A stretch of DNA of 64,000 bases from Gammaproteobacteria bacterium. Lineage in GTDB: Bacteria > Pseudomonadota > Gammaproteobacteria > Steroidobacterales > UBA11654. The notes below the pieces were generated by a model, which worked only from the letters and a program-made list of their open reading frames with translations, did not search any database and was not told where the DNA came from. The position numbers and the translations under genes were made by a program. The stretch is taken from contig JAQWSZ010000017.1 of assembly GCA_029242945.1 (NCBI GenBank), positions 14,970-78,969 on the forward strand, given 5' to 3'. Of the stretch, positions 1 through 10,390 are shown piece after piece; within the stretch, counting starts at the first letter, position 1; each line of letters begins with the position of its first letter.

Positions 1-1
1 A

Positions 2-175
2 GGACCCATTGCAAAACCTGATGAAATCAGATATTCAGATAACTTACCAAAAACTCGATCAGGAAAAATTATGAGGCGATTACTCAGATCTATAGCAAGG
101 GATGAGGCAATTACTCAAGATATTTCAACTCTGGAAGATGAAAGTATTATCGAGCAATTACAAGGCAAAGATTAA
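2..175 (+). CDS. acs: acetyl-CoA synthetase, C-terminal fragment (5' end outside window)
   Basis: Frame 2 reads [32 protein letters not shown]...STLED, containing the Acs [12 protein letters not shown] motif. TAA at 173-175. Confidence 0.92.
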   Translation, partial: GPIAKPDEIRYSDNLPKTRSGKIMRRLLRSIARDEAITQDISTLEDESIIEQLQGKD

Positions 176-1533
176 GGAAGTTTCTCATTGCTAATCACCA
201 GCTTTCTAAAAACAATCTTATACCAAATAACTCCAATTATACCTGCTAATACATTCGAAATAACTTGACCTATAAAAACTCCTTTAATTCCATACAAATA
301 AGCAAGAAAGTAAGCCATTGGCACATAGAAAACCAGTGTTCTTGATATGGATATAGTCATTGCAGGCATTGGTTTTCCGAATGCATTAAATGACCCATTA
401 CACATAGCAGCCAACCCCAAAAAACCATAGCCCAAGGGACAAATCATTAACTGCATTTTAGCGATGAGAATAACTTCGTTATCTTTCGTAAAAAAATGCA
501 GTACAGGTTCAGAAAAATAATAGAAAAAACCAATACAAAACAGAGCATAGACTAATGATAATCTTGCAGAGAATTTAAACCCAGATCTAAGCCGATCAAA
601 TCTTTTGGCTCCAAAATTTTGTCCAACATATGGCGTTGTTGCACCACCCAGCGCCATAAATAAAACAATAATAAAAGCCTCAATTCTTCCTGCTAAGCCA
701 ACCGCTGCAACCGCTGCTTGACCATAACTACTGACTAACGCTAACACGAGAGCGGAAGATACAGGGGCTATTAAATTGCTGGCAATGGCAGGTATTCCCA
801 CATGAAGTATTTTTTTCCAAGAATTAAATAATGCTTTAGTACTATGGTTTTTAAATTGTATCAAGCGATCTCTGTAAATCAGGACAGCGAGTGATGCAAT
901 GAGAAATATAATGTTTGCAATGACGCTAGCCAAGGCAGCTCCTTGAACCCCTAGTGCAGGCACTCCAAGCCATCCGAAAATAAGTATTGGATCTAATACC
1001 GCATTGATGACAGCTGACATCGCCATTAAAACAGAGGGCGTTTTTGCATCTCCTAATGCTCTTAGAACGGAGTTTCCAATTATTGGGACAGTCATAAAGA
1101 GTCCTCCCCAATAGTAGACTTTCATATACTCTTGCACATAAGGCATGGTTTCTTCATTTGCTCCCAATAAACCAAATAAAGAATCGATAGAAGATAGCCC
1201 TGCTAGAATTACAAAAAAGCCAGTTAATACTGCCAGAATTATAGAGTGTGTTGCAATTTCAGTTACTGAGTTTCTGTCATCAGAACCAATTGCTCTTGAT
1301 ACTAATGATGAGGTTCCCACCCCAAGCCCCATAACAATGCCACTGACTATAAACCAAACAGGAAACGCATAACTGACTGCAGCTAGTTGAGCATATCCGA
1401 GCTTTCCGACAAAATAAGCATCCACCAAGCCATTGCCTATCATCACTAGTAAACCAATAACCATAGGAGCCATCATTGAGATAATCGCTGTAGAGGGTTT
1501 TCCTTGAACTAATTTTGCTTTATTGGATTCCAT
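172..1533 (-). CDS. MATE family efflux transporter
   Basis: 453 aa, ~12 TM segments, with [28 protein letters not shown] and [12 protein letters not shown] motifs. Confidence 0.93.
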   Translation of the reverse strand: MESNKAKLVQGKPSTAIISMMAPMVIGLLVMIGNGLVDAYFVGKLGYAQLAAVSYAFPVWFIVSGIVMGLGVGTSSLVSRAIGSDDRNSVTEIATHSIILAVLTGFFVILAGLSSIDSLFGLLGANEETMPYVQEYMKVYYWGGLFMTVPIIGNSVLRALGDAKTPSVLMAMSAVINAVLDPILIFGWLGVPALGVQGAALASVIANIIFLIASLAVLIYRDRLIQFKNHSTKALFNSWKKILHVGIPAIASNLIAPVSSALVLALVSSYGQAAVAAVGLAGRIEAFIIVLFMALGGATTPYVGQNFGAKRFDRLRSGFKFSARLSLVYALFCIGFFYYFSEPVLHFFTKDNEVILIAKMQLMICPLGYGFLGLAAMCNGSFNAFGKPMPAMTISISRTLVFYVPMAYFLAYLYGIKGVFIGQVISNVLAGIIGVIWYKIVFRKLVISNEKLP

Positions 1534-1593
1534 AATTTTAAGCCATGAAATTTGCTGAATAATACAGTGGTGAGCTTTTAAAGTAATTAGTAA

Positions 1594-3051
1594 TTACTCA
1601 TCAACCCCAGCGACTGATATATATTTTATTTCTAGGTAGTCATCCATGCCATACTTTGAGCCTTCTCTACCTATACCTGATTCTTTTATCCCACCGAAGG
1701 GAGCCATTTCTGTGGAAATGATTCCAGTGTTTAGGCCGACCATTCCATACTCAAGTTGTTCAGAAACCCTCCAGCTTCTAGCCAAATCCTTGGTATAGAA
1801 ATATGAAGCAAGTCCATAAGGAGAGTTGTTTGCTCTTACAAGCACTTCTTTTTCAGTATCAAAAGAAAAAATAGGAGCAACTGGCCCAAAGGTTTCCTCG
1901 TTAGATATCAGCATGTCATCATTAGCATTGGTAATAATTGTTGGTTCAAAAAACAGTCCACCTAGTTTATGGGGATTGCCTCCCAAGGCAATATCACCGC
2001 CAAGCTCTTTGGCATTTTTGATATGATTATTGACCTTGTTTAAAGCATTTTGATCAATCAATGGACCTTGATCAATGCCGCTATCCATACCATTGCCTGT
2101 CTTTATTGATTTCACTTTTTCGATAAACCTTATGCAGAATTTTTTATAAATGTTTGATTGCACATAAATTCGGTTTGCGCAAACACAAGTCTGTCCAGTA
2201 TTTCTATACTTTGCTGCGACCGCCCCTTCAATTGCTGAATCAATATCAGCATCATCGAATACTATAAAAGGTGCATGACCACCTAGTTCAAGAGATACTC
2301 TTTTGACTGTATTAGCAGAGGCTTTAAGTAATTTCTTTCCAGTCACGGTAGATCCCGTGAAAGTTAATTTTTTCACTTCTGAGCTTGATAATAATTCATT
2401 TCCAAAGCTCTCAGCATCACTAATAACCACATTAAATAAACCCCCTGGAAGACCAGCTTCTTTTGACAAATAAGCCAATGCCAATGCAGAAAAAGGTGTT
2501 TGAGGTGCTGGTTTACAAACCATAGCACAGCCAGAGGCCAGAGCTGGACCCATTTTTCTAGCCAGCATTGCTGAGGGGAAATTCCATGGAGTAATACATC
2601 CAACAACTCCTATTGGTTGCTTTATAACAATTGTTCTTCTGTCACCCATGTGTCCAGGTATGATATCTCCATAAACTCTTTTCGCCTCTTCTGCAAACCA
2701 CTGAATGAAAGAAGCCCCATATAAAACTTCACCCCTTGATTCTAGTAAGGGTTTACCTTGTTCATAAGTAATGATTCTTGCTAAGTCTTCTTGGTTTTCT
2801 AACATCAATAAATAGAGTTTATTCAGCACTTCTGATTTTTCTTTTGAGGGCGTTTTAGCCCATTTTTTTTGAGCAATCACAGCAGCTTTAATTGCTTTAT
2901 TTGTCTCGATAGCTCCACCATTAGAAACAACACCCAACTCTTCTTGGTTAGCCGGATTAAGAATTTTTGTTATTGAACCATCTGAAGCCTTCAGCCATTT
3001 TCCATCGACATAACAAGAGTTGTTTATGAGTTTTGTATTTGATAGTTCCAT
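1594..3051 (-). CDS. gabD: NAD(P)-dependent succinate-semialdehyde dehydrogenase
   Basis: ALDH motifs ITPWNFP, FTGST, LELGGHAPFIVFDDAD, GQTCVC, EETFGP and GREGSKYG, typical of GabD. Confidence 0.9.
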   Translation of the reverse strand: MELSNTKLINNSCYVDGKWLKASDGSITKILNPANQEELGVVSNGGAIETNKAIKAAVIAQKKWAKTPSKEKSEVLNKLYLLMLENQEDLARIITYEQGKPLLESRGEVLYGASFIQWFAEEAKRVYGDIIPGHMGDRRTIVIKQPIGVVGCITPWNFPSAMLARKMGPALASGCAMVCKPAPQTPFSALALAYLSKEAGLPGGLFNVVISDAESFGNELLSSSEVKKLTFTGSTVTGKKLLKASANTVKRVSLELGGHAPFIVFDDADIDSAIEGAVAAKYRNTGQTCVCANRIYVQSNIYKKFCIRFIEKVKSIKTGNGMDSGIDQGPLIDQNALNKVNNHIKNAKELGGDIALGGNPHKLGGLFFEPTIITNANDDMLISNEETFGPVAPIFSFDTEKEVLVRANNSPYGLASYFYTKDLARSWRVSEQLEYGMVGLNTGIISTEMAPFGGIKESGIGREGSKYGMDDYLEIKYISVAGVDE

Positions 3052-3100
3052 TATTTAGGGATGGGTTTATTGTAAATTAAGGGATATTAGGGAGTTATGT

Positions 3101-3925
3101 TTAACCGCCACTTCTGAAGCGTTCCATAACCTCAGGGTCCATACCAACTGATTTAGCAAGTTCGGTAAAAATCTCTGAAGTCACAACTTTTTCTTTTTTT
3201 TCAATAGCATGCTCTTCAGTGCTTCCTATAACCATTTTTCTCAGTGGAGGAGGAACATTCATCAACATTTTCATAGCTTCTTTATCCCATTCCATATTTG
3301 TAACTGCATCTGCTCCTTGCATAGCATTTTTTGGTTGTCCTAGCCTATGCTTTGTTAGTTCTCCTACGGTTGCATGGTAATAATCTTGTCTTGCTTCATC
3401 TCCTAAACCAATAGGAAGATTCATTGTTTTTATTCTTTCTTCTCTGCCCATTGTCTCAAGCTCCTCATCGACCACAATAGCTTGTATTGTCCCGATGACA
3501 ATTCCTGTACTTTTTTCAAGTTTGACAATTTCGTCAACCGTACATTCTGCAATCTGAGGACACTCTTTTAAGCTAGGAGGCTTTACTTTTAATGATGGAA
3601 TTTGGGTAAATTTTGTAAACTCTAATTCATTAACACCTTCTGGATAAAATTTAGCTGTTTCCATCATGTCATCTAAGTGAGAAGCGCTGGGACAATTAAT
3701 GACAAATTCTCCTGTGTCACAAATATTGACAAAAGAATGGGAGTCTTGACGAAACCCAACAATCATTCTTGGGTTTTTTGTCATAACGTCATATTGCATA
3801 ATATGAGAGTAAGGGCCAGCATTGACATTTCCCTCTTTGTCTAATGTTGTGATAATTGTGATCAGCTTTGGAAATAACCAAATATCTGAGTACCAAAAAG
3901 GCTTAATTTTAATTTCTTTTTTCAT
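3101..3925 (-). CDS. flavin reductase-like (FMN split-barrel) protein with a C-terminal PCP_red-like domain
   Basis: N-terminal ITTLDKEGNVNAGPYS / TGEFVIN / SLKVKPPSLKEC pattern. C-terminal MEWDKEAMKMLMNVPPPLRKMV...EEHA...VT resembles the PCP reductase C-terminal domain. Confidence 0.75.
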   Translation of the reverse strand: MKKEIKIKPFWYSDIWLFPKLITIITTLDKEGNVNAGPYSHIMQYDVMTKNPRMIVGFRQDSHSFVNICDTGEFVINCPSASHLDDMMETAKFYPEGVNELEFTKFTQIPSLKVKPPSLKECPQIAECTVDEIVKLEKSTGIVIGTIQAIVVDEELETMGREERIKTMNLPIGLGDEARQDYYHATVGELTKHRLGQPKNAMQGADAVTNMEWDKEAMKMLMNVPPPLRKMVIGSTEEHAIEKKEKVVTSEIFTELAKSVGMDPEVMERFRSGG

Positions 3926-3928
3926 ATT

Positions 3929-5587
3929 CTAGCTCCTAGTGAATTCACCAGATTTTAATTTTTGTATGTAGTCTTTATAAGATGACATAGCTTGATAACC
4001 AAACAACCAAATAATAGGTAGGTTGGCTACAATGCAGAAGCCCGTTCCAAGATTAGCAAACATATTCAGTTCGGCATCAGTTTTAATGAACCCAGTAGTG
4101 GATAGAATCGCAAGAATGCAAAACATGATCCTATAGAGGAAGACTCTTTTTTCTCCCATCAAGTAAACAACTCCTTTTTCTCCATAGTAACTCCATGAAA
4201 TCATAGTGGAAATAGCAAATAACCAAGAGGCCAGAGTAACAAGCCATTTACCTAAACCCGGCAATACTTTATCAAAAGACGCAGCAGTTAATGTTGCTCC
4301 TACATAATCTAGGTAGATTCCTTTATTATTAGCAATAGGCTTGCTATTGCTTCTAATGGAGTTCCATGAAATCGAATTAATGCCATTGGTTTGTGTGACT
4401 GTTCCATAAACTTTCTGCAATGTATTTCCAGTCTCAGGGTTAGGATTGCCTTCATATATAAAAAATACTCTTTGACCATCTTGGAGCGAACTCATTTGTG
4501 AGCCATTACTCTTTAGTGACCATGTATTTTCTAAAGTTTGGGTAAAGGTAGCTTGATCAAGGTTAATTTCAGCTGGTCTATTCCATATGCCTGTAACAAG
4601 AATTACCAAAGCGCTCATAGTGCAAACCACAATAGTATCGATAAAGGGCTCTAGTCCTGCAACAACACCTTCCCTAATTGGTTCTTCAGTTTTAGCAGCC
4701 GAATGAGCAATAGCTGAAGAGCCTTGACCTGCTTCATTTGAGAATAGAGCTCTTTGCATTCCGTACATAAAGGCATAACCCGCTGTACCTCCAATAAAAG
4801 CATTACTCGCCTCTAACGGTGCAAATGCTGAAGTAACGATTAAGGACAACATGCTCGGTATTTGACTTATATTGACTGTGAGTACAAAGATGCATGCCAA
4901 CACATATAATAAGAGCATGAATGGAACTAATTTTGATGTAACAGCGCCAATCCTTTTAATGCCACCAATTATGACAGCGCCAACTAAAATAGCTAAAACG
5001 CATCCAGTAACTATGGTAGGAACACCAAAATAGGATTGAGTCAGGTTTGCTACATTCCATGCTTGAAACATATTGCCAGCTGTTATTGTATTAAGTATTA
5101 GTGCAGCACAGAACACTCCTGCAATTAATTTGCCAAAAAAAACAATTATAGATGATTTATTTTTTAGGTTTTTTTCTACCACCCACATTGGCCCACCGTT
5201 GGGGTTTTCTCTATCTGATGTGTCTCTATGAATCATAGCCAATGAAACTTCTGTAAGTTTTATGGCCATACCAAGAAAACCAACAACCCACATCCAGAAT
5301 ACTGCTCCAGGACCACCTAGAGATATTGCAAGCGCTACTCCACCAATATTGCCCAACCCTACAGTTGCTGATAATGCAGTAGATAGTGCTTGAAAATGAG
5401 TAATCGCACCTGGATCACTCGCTTTATCAAAATCACCTCTGATGACTTTCACACCATGTGTTAGAGCATAGTATTGTGAGAAGCCACTCCACACAGTGAA
5501 GATTACTCCAGTTAGAAGAAGCGCGTAAAGGGTGTAATCATTCCATAGTATAGAATTAAGGGTCGTAATAAAGCTGAATTCATTCAT
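3929..5587 (-). CDS. alanine/glycine:cation symporter (AgcS family)
   Basis: TVGLGNIGGVA, GGPGAVFWMW, FSNEAGQGS, FIDTIVVC and SWSYYGE motifs. Start moved to the ATG of MNEFSF at 5587. Confidence 0.92.
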   Translation of the reverse strand: MNEFSFITTLNSILWNDYTLYALLLTGVIFTVWSGFSQYYALTHGVKVIRGDFDKASDPGAITHFQALSTALSATVGLGNIGGVALAISLGGPGAVFWMWVVGFLGMAIKLTEVSLAMIHRDTSDRENPNGGPMWVVEKNLKNKSSIIVFFGKLIAGVFCAALILNTITAGNMFQAWNVANLTQSYFGVPTIVTGCVLAILVGAVIIGGIKRIGAVTSKLVPFMLLLYVLACIFVLTVNISQIPSMLSLIVTSAFAPLEASNAFIGGTAGYAFMYGMQRALFSNEAGQGSSAIAHSAAKTEEPIREGVVAGLEPFIDTIVVCTMSALVILVTGIWNRPAEINLDQATFTQTLENTWSLKSNGSQMSSLQDGQRVFFIYEGNPNPETGNTLQKVYGTVTQTNGINSISWNSIRSNSKPIANNKGIYLDYVGATLTAASFDKVLPGLGKWLVTLASWLFAISTMISWSYYGEKGVVYLMGEKRVFLYRIMFCILAILSTTGFIKTDAELNMFANLGTGFCIVANLPIIWLFGYQAMSSYKDYIQKLKSGEFTRS

Positions 5588-5757
5588 TTTATTCCTTGTT
5601 AAAACGGCAGGGAAGTTATATGCATATAATACATAGCTTAGAGAAAAAATTTTCAAAAAATGATATGATGGTTTTAGTTGTTCTTGATATACGATTTATT
5701 TTCTAAATTGTTAATACTAGGTTTTTCCAAAAGAACTATTAAAAAGCTAAATTATCT

Positions 5758-8700
5758 ATGTACTTTAAACCACAAAATAAGGTTGGACTTTATGACTCTC
5801 AGTTTGAGAAAGACAACTGTGGGCTAGGCTTTGTTGCAAATATTGAAGGTCACCAAAGCAGAACTATTGTCACAGATGCCCTGACTGTATTAGAAAATAT
5901 GGATCATAGGGGAGCGAGAGGCGCCGAAAGAAATACTGGAGATGGTGCAGGTATATCGACTGGTATGCCTTTATTTTTTTTAAAAAAAATACTCAAGGTT
6001 AACTTTGATATAGAGGCAACTGACCCTGACCTATATGCAACTGGTATTATCTTTCTTCCACGAGAACAGAAAGAAAAGGAGTATTGCAAGAAAAAAATAG
6101 AACAACAATGTAATGAATATAATTTAAAATACTTAGGTTGGAGAAAAGTACCTCTTGATATTAAGGGTGCGAACCTAGGGGACTCAGCAATTTCAGCAAT
6201 GCCTGATATAGAGCAACTACTCATTCATAATAGCCAAGGAATTAAGCAGGAAGAGTTTGAACAAAAACTGTATTTGATTAGAAAAAATACCAGTAATCAA
6301 CTGAGAATGAGTCAACAACTAAAGCAGGCGGATCTATTTTATATTTGTAGCCTTTCATCAAAAATAATTGTGTACAAGGGAATGCTCACCTGCGATCAGC
6401 TATCTAGATTTTATTTAGATCTTCAAGATCAAGATTATCAATCTCATTTTGGCATGGTTCATTCTCGTTTTTCTACCAATACTTTTCCTAGTTGGGATAG
6501 AGCAATGCCGAATCGATTGATTTCTCATAATGGAGAAATTAATACCATTAAAGGAAACAACAATTGGATGAAAGCTAGAGAAGGAAATATTTCATCTAAA
6601 ATATTTGGCGAGAATACTTCTGATCTTTTTCCAATAATAGAGCCTAATTGTTCTGACTCTGGTAATTTTGATAATGCCCTTGAGTTTCTCTATATGAATG
6701 GTAGAAGCATTGAAGAGTCAATTTTAATGATGATTCCAGAAGCCTGGCAAAAAAAGAAAACATTATCGGATGAAAGAAAGGCTTATTATGAATTTCAATC
6801 CACTCTTATGGAGCCTTGGGATGGACCTGCTTGCATAACGTTTACTAATGGAGATGTTATTGGATCGATTCTAGATAGAAATGGACTCAGACCCAGTCGA
6901 TATTATATTACAAAAGATAACAAAGTAATTATGGCTAGTGAGGTAGGTGTCTTACCGGTCCCTGATAATGATATTTTGGTTAAAGGTAGATTGGAGCCGG
7001 GTAAAATTTTCTTGATTGATTTTAAGAAAGGTACAGTTCTTTCTGATAATGAGGTGAAAGATCCACTTATTGAAAAACATCCTTACAGAGATTGGCTGGT
7101 TCATAACCGACTTATTTTTAGAAACATTAAAACTAGCAGGGTCCCTGTAAGATATTCTCAGGAAGAGCTGTTGCAAAGAATGAGGGCTTTCGGCTACACT
7201 TCTGAGACTCTTGAGTTTATTCTTTTGCCTATGGTCCATGATTTAAGGGATCCACTGGGTTCGATGGGCAATGACTCAGCACTAGCTGTTTTAAGCGATA
7301 AACCACGGCTACTTTTTGATTACTTTAAACAATTATTTGCCCAAGTATCTAATCCTGCCATAGATTCAATTAGAGAAAAAATTATCATGTCGTTGGAGTG
7401 TTATATTGGCCCTGAAAAAAACTTAGTGGATGCAACCCAAGAGCACGCAGCCAGGTTATTAGTAGAAAACCCAATACTTACAGACACAGCTCTTGCCGCA
7501 ATTAAACACTTAGATCATGTTGGTCAACGGACAAAAACAATTGATATTACATTTGATATTTCTAAAGATTCAAATGAGCCTTTTCAAAGAACCATTAAAC
7601 AAATATGCAGCGAGGTAGAAGATGCCGTTGATCAAGGTTTCAGTTTTGTAGTTTTAACTGACCGAAAGATCGATAGAAATAGAGCCTCAATACCTATGTT
7701 AATGGCCTGTGGAGCAGTTCATCATCATTTGGTGAAGACTGCTAAAAGAACCCAGATAGGGATTGTTATAGAATCAGCTGAAGCTAGAGAGGTACATCAT
7801 TTTTGCCTCTTGTTTGGTTATGGCGCAGATGCAATTAACCCTTATCTAACCTATGGAGCATTGTTACAGGCAAGAGACGATGGACTAATAGGACATTCAC
7901 ACCATCATAGGGGGCCAGAAAATAGAATACCTCTAACAGACGATATTGACCTCATTGATGCCTATAGACAAGCTGCTGTTAAGGGTATATTAAAGGTTAT
8001 GGGTAAAATGGGTATTTCAACCCTTCAGTCTTACAAAGGTGCACAAATATTTGAAGCGGTAGGGTTAGCCAATAATGTTATTGAACTATGTTTTAATGGA
8101 ACTGCCTCTCGAGTGGAGGGCTCTGGGTTCAACATTTTGAAAGATGAAGCTATTAGAAGGCATAGTTTAGGATTCCCAAATAATAAAACAATCAGTAGTT
8201 TAAGCCTGCCTAATCCAGGAGAGTATCATTGGAGAAGCGAGGGAGAGAAAAAAGCTTGGAATCCAGAAGCTGTTTGGTCTCTTCAGTATGCAGCTAGAAC
8301 GAATGATAAGTCTGCCTATAAAAAATTTGCACGAATAGCTAATGCACAAGCTGAAGAATCTTTGAGCTTGAGAGGTTTATTGTGTTTTAAAAAGATCGCA
8401 TCAGATCAGCACATCGATCTTTCAGAGGTAGAGCCAGCCAGCTCAATTGTTAAGCGTTTTAATACAGGCGCTATGAGCTTTGGATCCATCTCTTCAGAGG
8501 CGCATGAAACTTTAGCTATCGCAATGAACCGAATCGGCGGAAAAAGCAACAGTGGTGAAGGCGGCGAAGATCCCAATCGATTTAAACCTCTAAGTAATGG
8601 GGACTCCAAGTCGTCTGCAATTAAGCAAATTGCTTCTGGACGATTTGGCGTCACAGCATCTTATATTGCCAGTGCAAAGCAACTGCAAATAAAAATTGCA

Positions 8701-10389
8701 CAAGGGGCTAAGCCAGGAGAAGGAGGAGAATTACCAGGAAGGAAGGTGGATGAAAAGATTGCTTCAATAAGGTATTCAACGCCAGGGGTAGGCTTGATTA
8801 GCCCGCCTCCACATCATGATATTTATTCAATTGAAGATTTGTCACAGTTAATATTTGATTTGAAAAATGCAAATAGAAGTGCAGAAGTGAGTGTTAAATT
8901 AGTCTCTGAAGTTGGTATCGGTACTATTGCGGCAGGCGTTGTAAAAGCACATGCAGATCACATAGTTGTTTCAGGTGATGTTGGTGGTACAGGAGCTTCT
9001 CCACTCACAAGTATAAAGAATGCGGGGCTACCTTGGGAATTAGGTGTAGCAGAGGTTCACCAAACACTTGTATTAAATAATCTGAGAAGCCGCGTTAAAA
9101 TACAAACTGATGGCGGCCTTAAAACAGGTAGAGATATTATTATTGCTGCTCTGCTAGGAGCTGAGGAAATGGGATTTTCTACCGCACCTTTAATTACTAT
9201 GGGCTGCATTATGATGAGGAAGTGCCATCTGAATACTTGTCCTGTTGGTATTGCTACACAGGATAAAATCCTAAGAGAAAAATTTACAGGCCAACCGGAA
9301 CATGTGATTAATTATCTATTTATGGTTGCAGAAGAAGCACGTGAAATAATGTCAACATTGGGAGTAAAAACTTTTGATGAGTTAGTAGGTAGAGTGGATT
9401 TGTTGGTGTCTAATACTGCTATTAATCATTGGAAAGGAAGTCATCTCGACCTTAGTTTGCTGCTTCAGAAAGCAACAGATTTAAGACCTAATACAGGTGT
9501 TGTTAAATCAATGGAGCAAGATCATGATATAAAAAATGTTCTTGATCGTCATTTAATTAAGTCCTCTAAAGCCTCAATAAAGTCGAAAGACAAAATTGAA
9601 ATATCTCTTCCTATTAATAACCTGAATAGAGCCACAGGCGCGATGTTAAGCCATGAGGTGGTTAAAGCATGGGGTGAAGAAGCATTACCAAACGATACTA
9701 TTAATGTTCATTTTGAAGGATCAGCAGGACAAAGTTTTGGTGCTTTTTTATCAAAGGGGATTAGTTTTACTCTCAGTGGGGACTCTAATGATTATGTTGG
9801 TAAAGGTCTATCAGGTGGAAAAATAATAGTCAAACCCCCTAAAGGCAGTTCATTTAAGGCAGAAAATAATATTATTATTGGTAACGTTGCAATGTATGGA
9901 GCAACCTCTGGAATTGGTTTTTTTAGAGGTAAGGCAGCAGAGAGGTTTTGTGTTAGAAATAGTGGCGCTAGAGCCGTGGTAGAGGGTGTTGGCGACCATG
10001 CTTGTGAGTATATGACAGGTGGGCGCGTTGTTATTCTTGGTCCCACAGGAGTTAATTTTGGTGCTGGTATGTCAGGCGGTATTGCTTATATTTATGATCC
10101 TGATAGTAGCTTTGAGTCGAATTGTAATACTGGAATGGTTGAATTAGAAATGGTTGATGATAAAGAAAGTATTGCAGAGCTTTTGAGACTGATCGAACTT
10201 CATCATCGTTATACATCCTCAGAAAATGCTGAAAATATCCTTAATGAATGGCCAAGCGTTTTGTCTGATTTTGTTAAAGTGATGCCAACTGATTATAAGA
10301 GAGTATTACAAGAAAGAACGGAGCATAACGAAGAAATAGAATCTATTTTTGATATTGAGGATAGAAAATCAAAAAGGCGGGGAAATTAA
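5758..10389 (+). CDS. gltB: glutamate synthase large subunit
   Basis: EKDNCGLGF amidotransferase start, HSRFSTNTFPSW, QGAKPGEGG, CIMMRKCHLNTC and C-terminal GXGXG repeats. Confidence 0.98.
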   Translation: MYFKPQNKVGLYDSQFEKDNCGLGFVANIEGHQSRTIVTDALTVLENMDHRGARGAERNTGDGAGISTGMPLFFLKKILKVNFDIEATDPDLYATGIIFLPREQKEKEYCKKKIEQQCNEYNLKYLGWRKVPLDIKGANLGDSAISAMPDIEQLLIHNSQGIKQEEFEQKLYLIRKNTSNQLRMSQQLKQADLFYICSLSSKIIVYKGMLTCDQLSRFYLDLQDQDYQSHFGMVHSRFSTNTFPSWDRAMPNRLISHNGEINTIKGNNNWMKAREGNISSKIFGENTSDLFPIIEPNCSDSGNFDNALEFLYMNGRSIEESILMMIPEAWQKKKTLSDERKAYYEFQSTLMEPWDGPACITFTNGDVIGSILDRNGLRPSRYYITKDNKVIMASEVGVLPVPDNDILVKGRLEPGKIFLIDFKKGTVLSDNEVKDPLIEKHPYRDWLVHNRLIFRNIKTSRVPVRYSQEELLQRMRAFGYTSETLEFILLPMVHDLRDPLGSMGNDSALAVLSDKPRLLFDYFKQLFAQVSNPAIDSIREKIIMSLECYIGPEKNLVDATQEHAARLLVENPILTDTALAAIKHLDHVGQRTKTIDITFDISKDSNEPFQRTIKQICSEVEDAVDQGFSFVVLTDRKIDRNRASIPMLMACGAVHHHLVKTAKRTQIGIVIESAEAREVHHFCLLFGYGADAINPYLTYGALLQARDDGLIGHSHHHRGPENRIPLTDDIDLIDAYRQAAVKGILKVMGKMGISTLQSYKGAQIFEAVGLANNVIELCFNGTASRVEGSGFNILKDEAIRRHSLGFPNNKTISSLSLPNPGEYHWRSEGEKKAWNPEAVWSLQYAARTNDKSAYKKFARIANAQAEESLSLRGLLCFKKIASDQHIDLSEVEPASSIVKRFNTGAMSFGSISSEAHETLAIAMNRIGGKSNSGEGGEDPNRFKPLSNGDSKSSAIKQIASGRFGVTASYIASAKQLQIKIAQGAKPGEGGELPGRKVDEKIASIRYSTPGVGLISPPPHHDIYSIEDLSQLIFDLKNANRSAEVSVKLVSEVGIGTIAAGVVKAHADHIVVSGDVGGTGASPLTSIKNAGLPWELGVAEVHQTLVLNNLRSRVKIQTDGGLKTGRDIIIAALLGAEEMGFSTAPLITMGCIMMRKCHLNTCPVGIATQDKILREKFTGQPEHVINYLFMVAEEAREIMSTLGVKTFDELVGRVDLLVSNTAINHWKGSHLDLSLLLQKATDLRPNTGVVKSMEQDHDIKNVLDRHLIKSSKASIKSKDKIEISLPINNLNRATGAMLSHEVVKAWGEEALPNDTINVHFEGSAGQSFGAFLSKGISFTLSGDSNDYVGKGLSGGKIIVKPPKGSSFKAENNIIIGNVAMYGATSGIGFFRGKAAERFCVRNSGARAVVEGVGDHACEYMTGGRVVILGPTGVNFGAGMSGGIAYIYDPDSSFESNCNTGMVELEMVDDKESIAELLRLIELHHRYTSSENAENILNEWPSVLSDFVKVMPTDYKRVLQERTEHNEEIESIFDIEDRKSKRRGN

Positions 10390-10390
10390 G

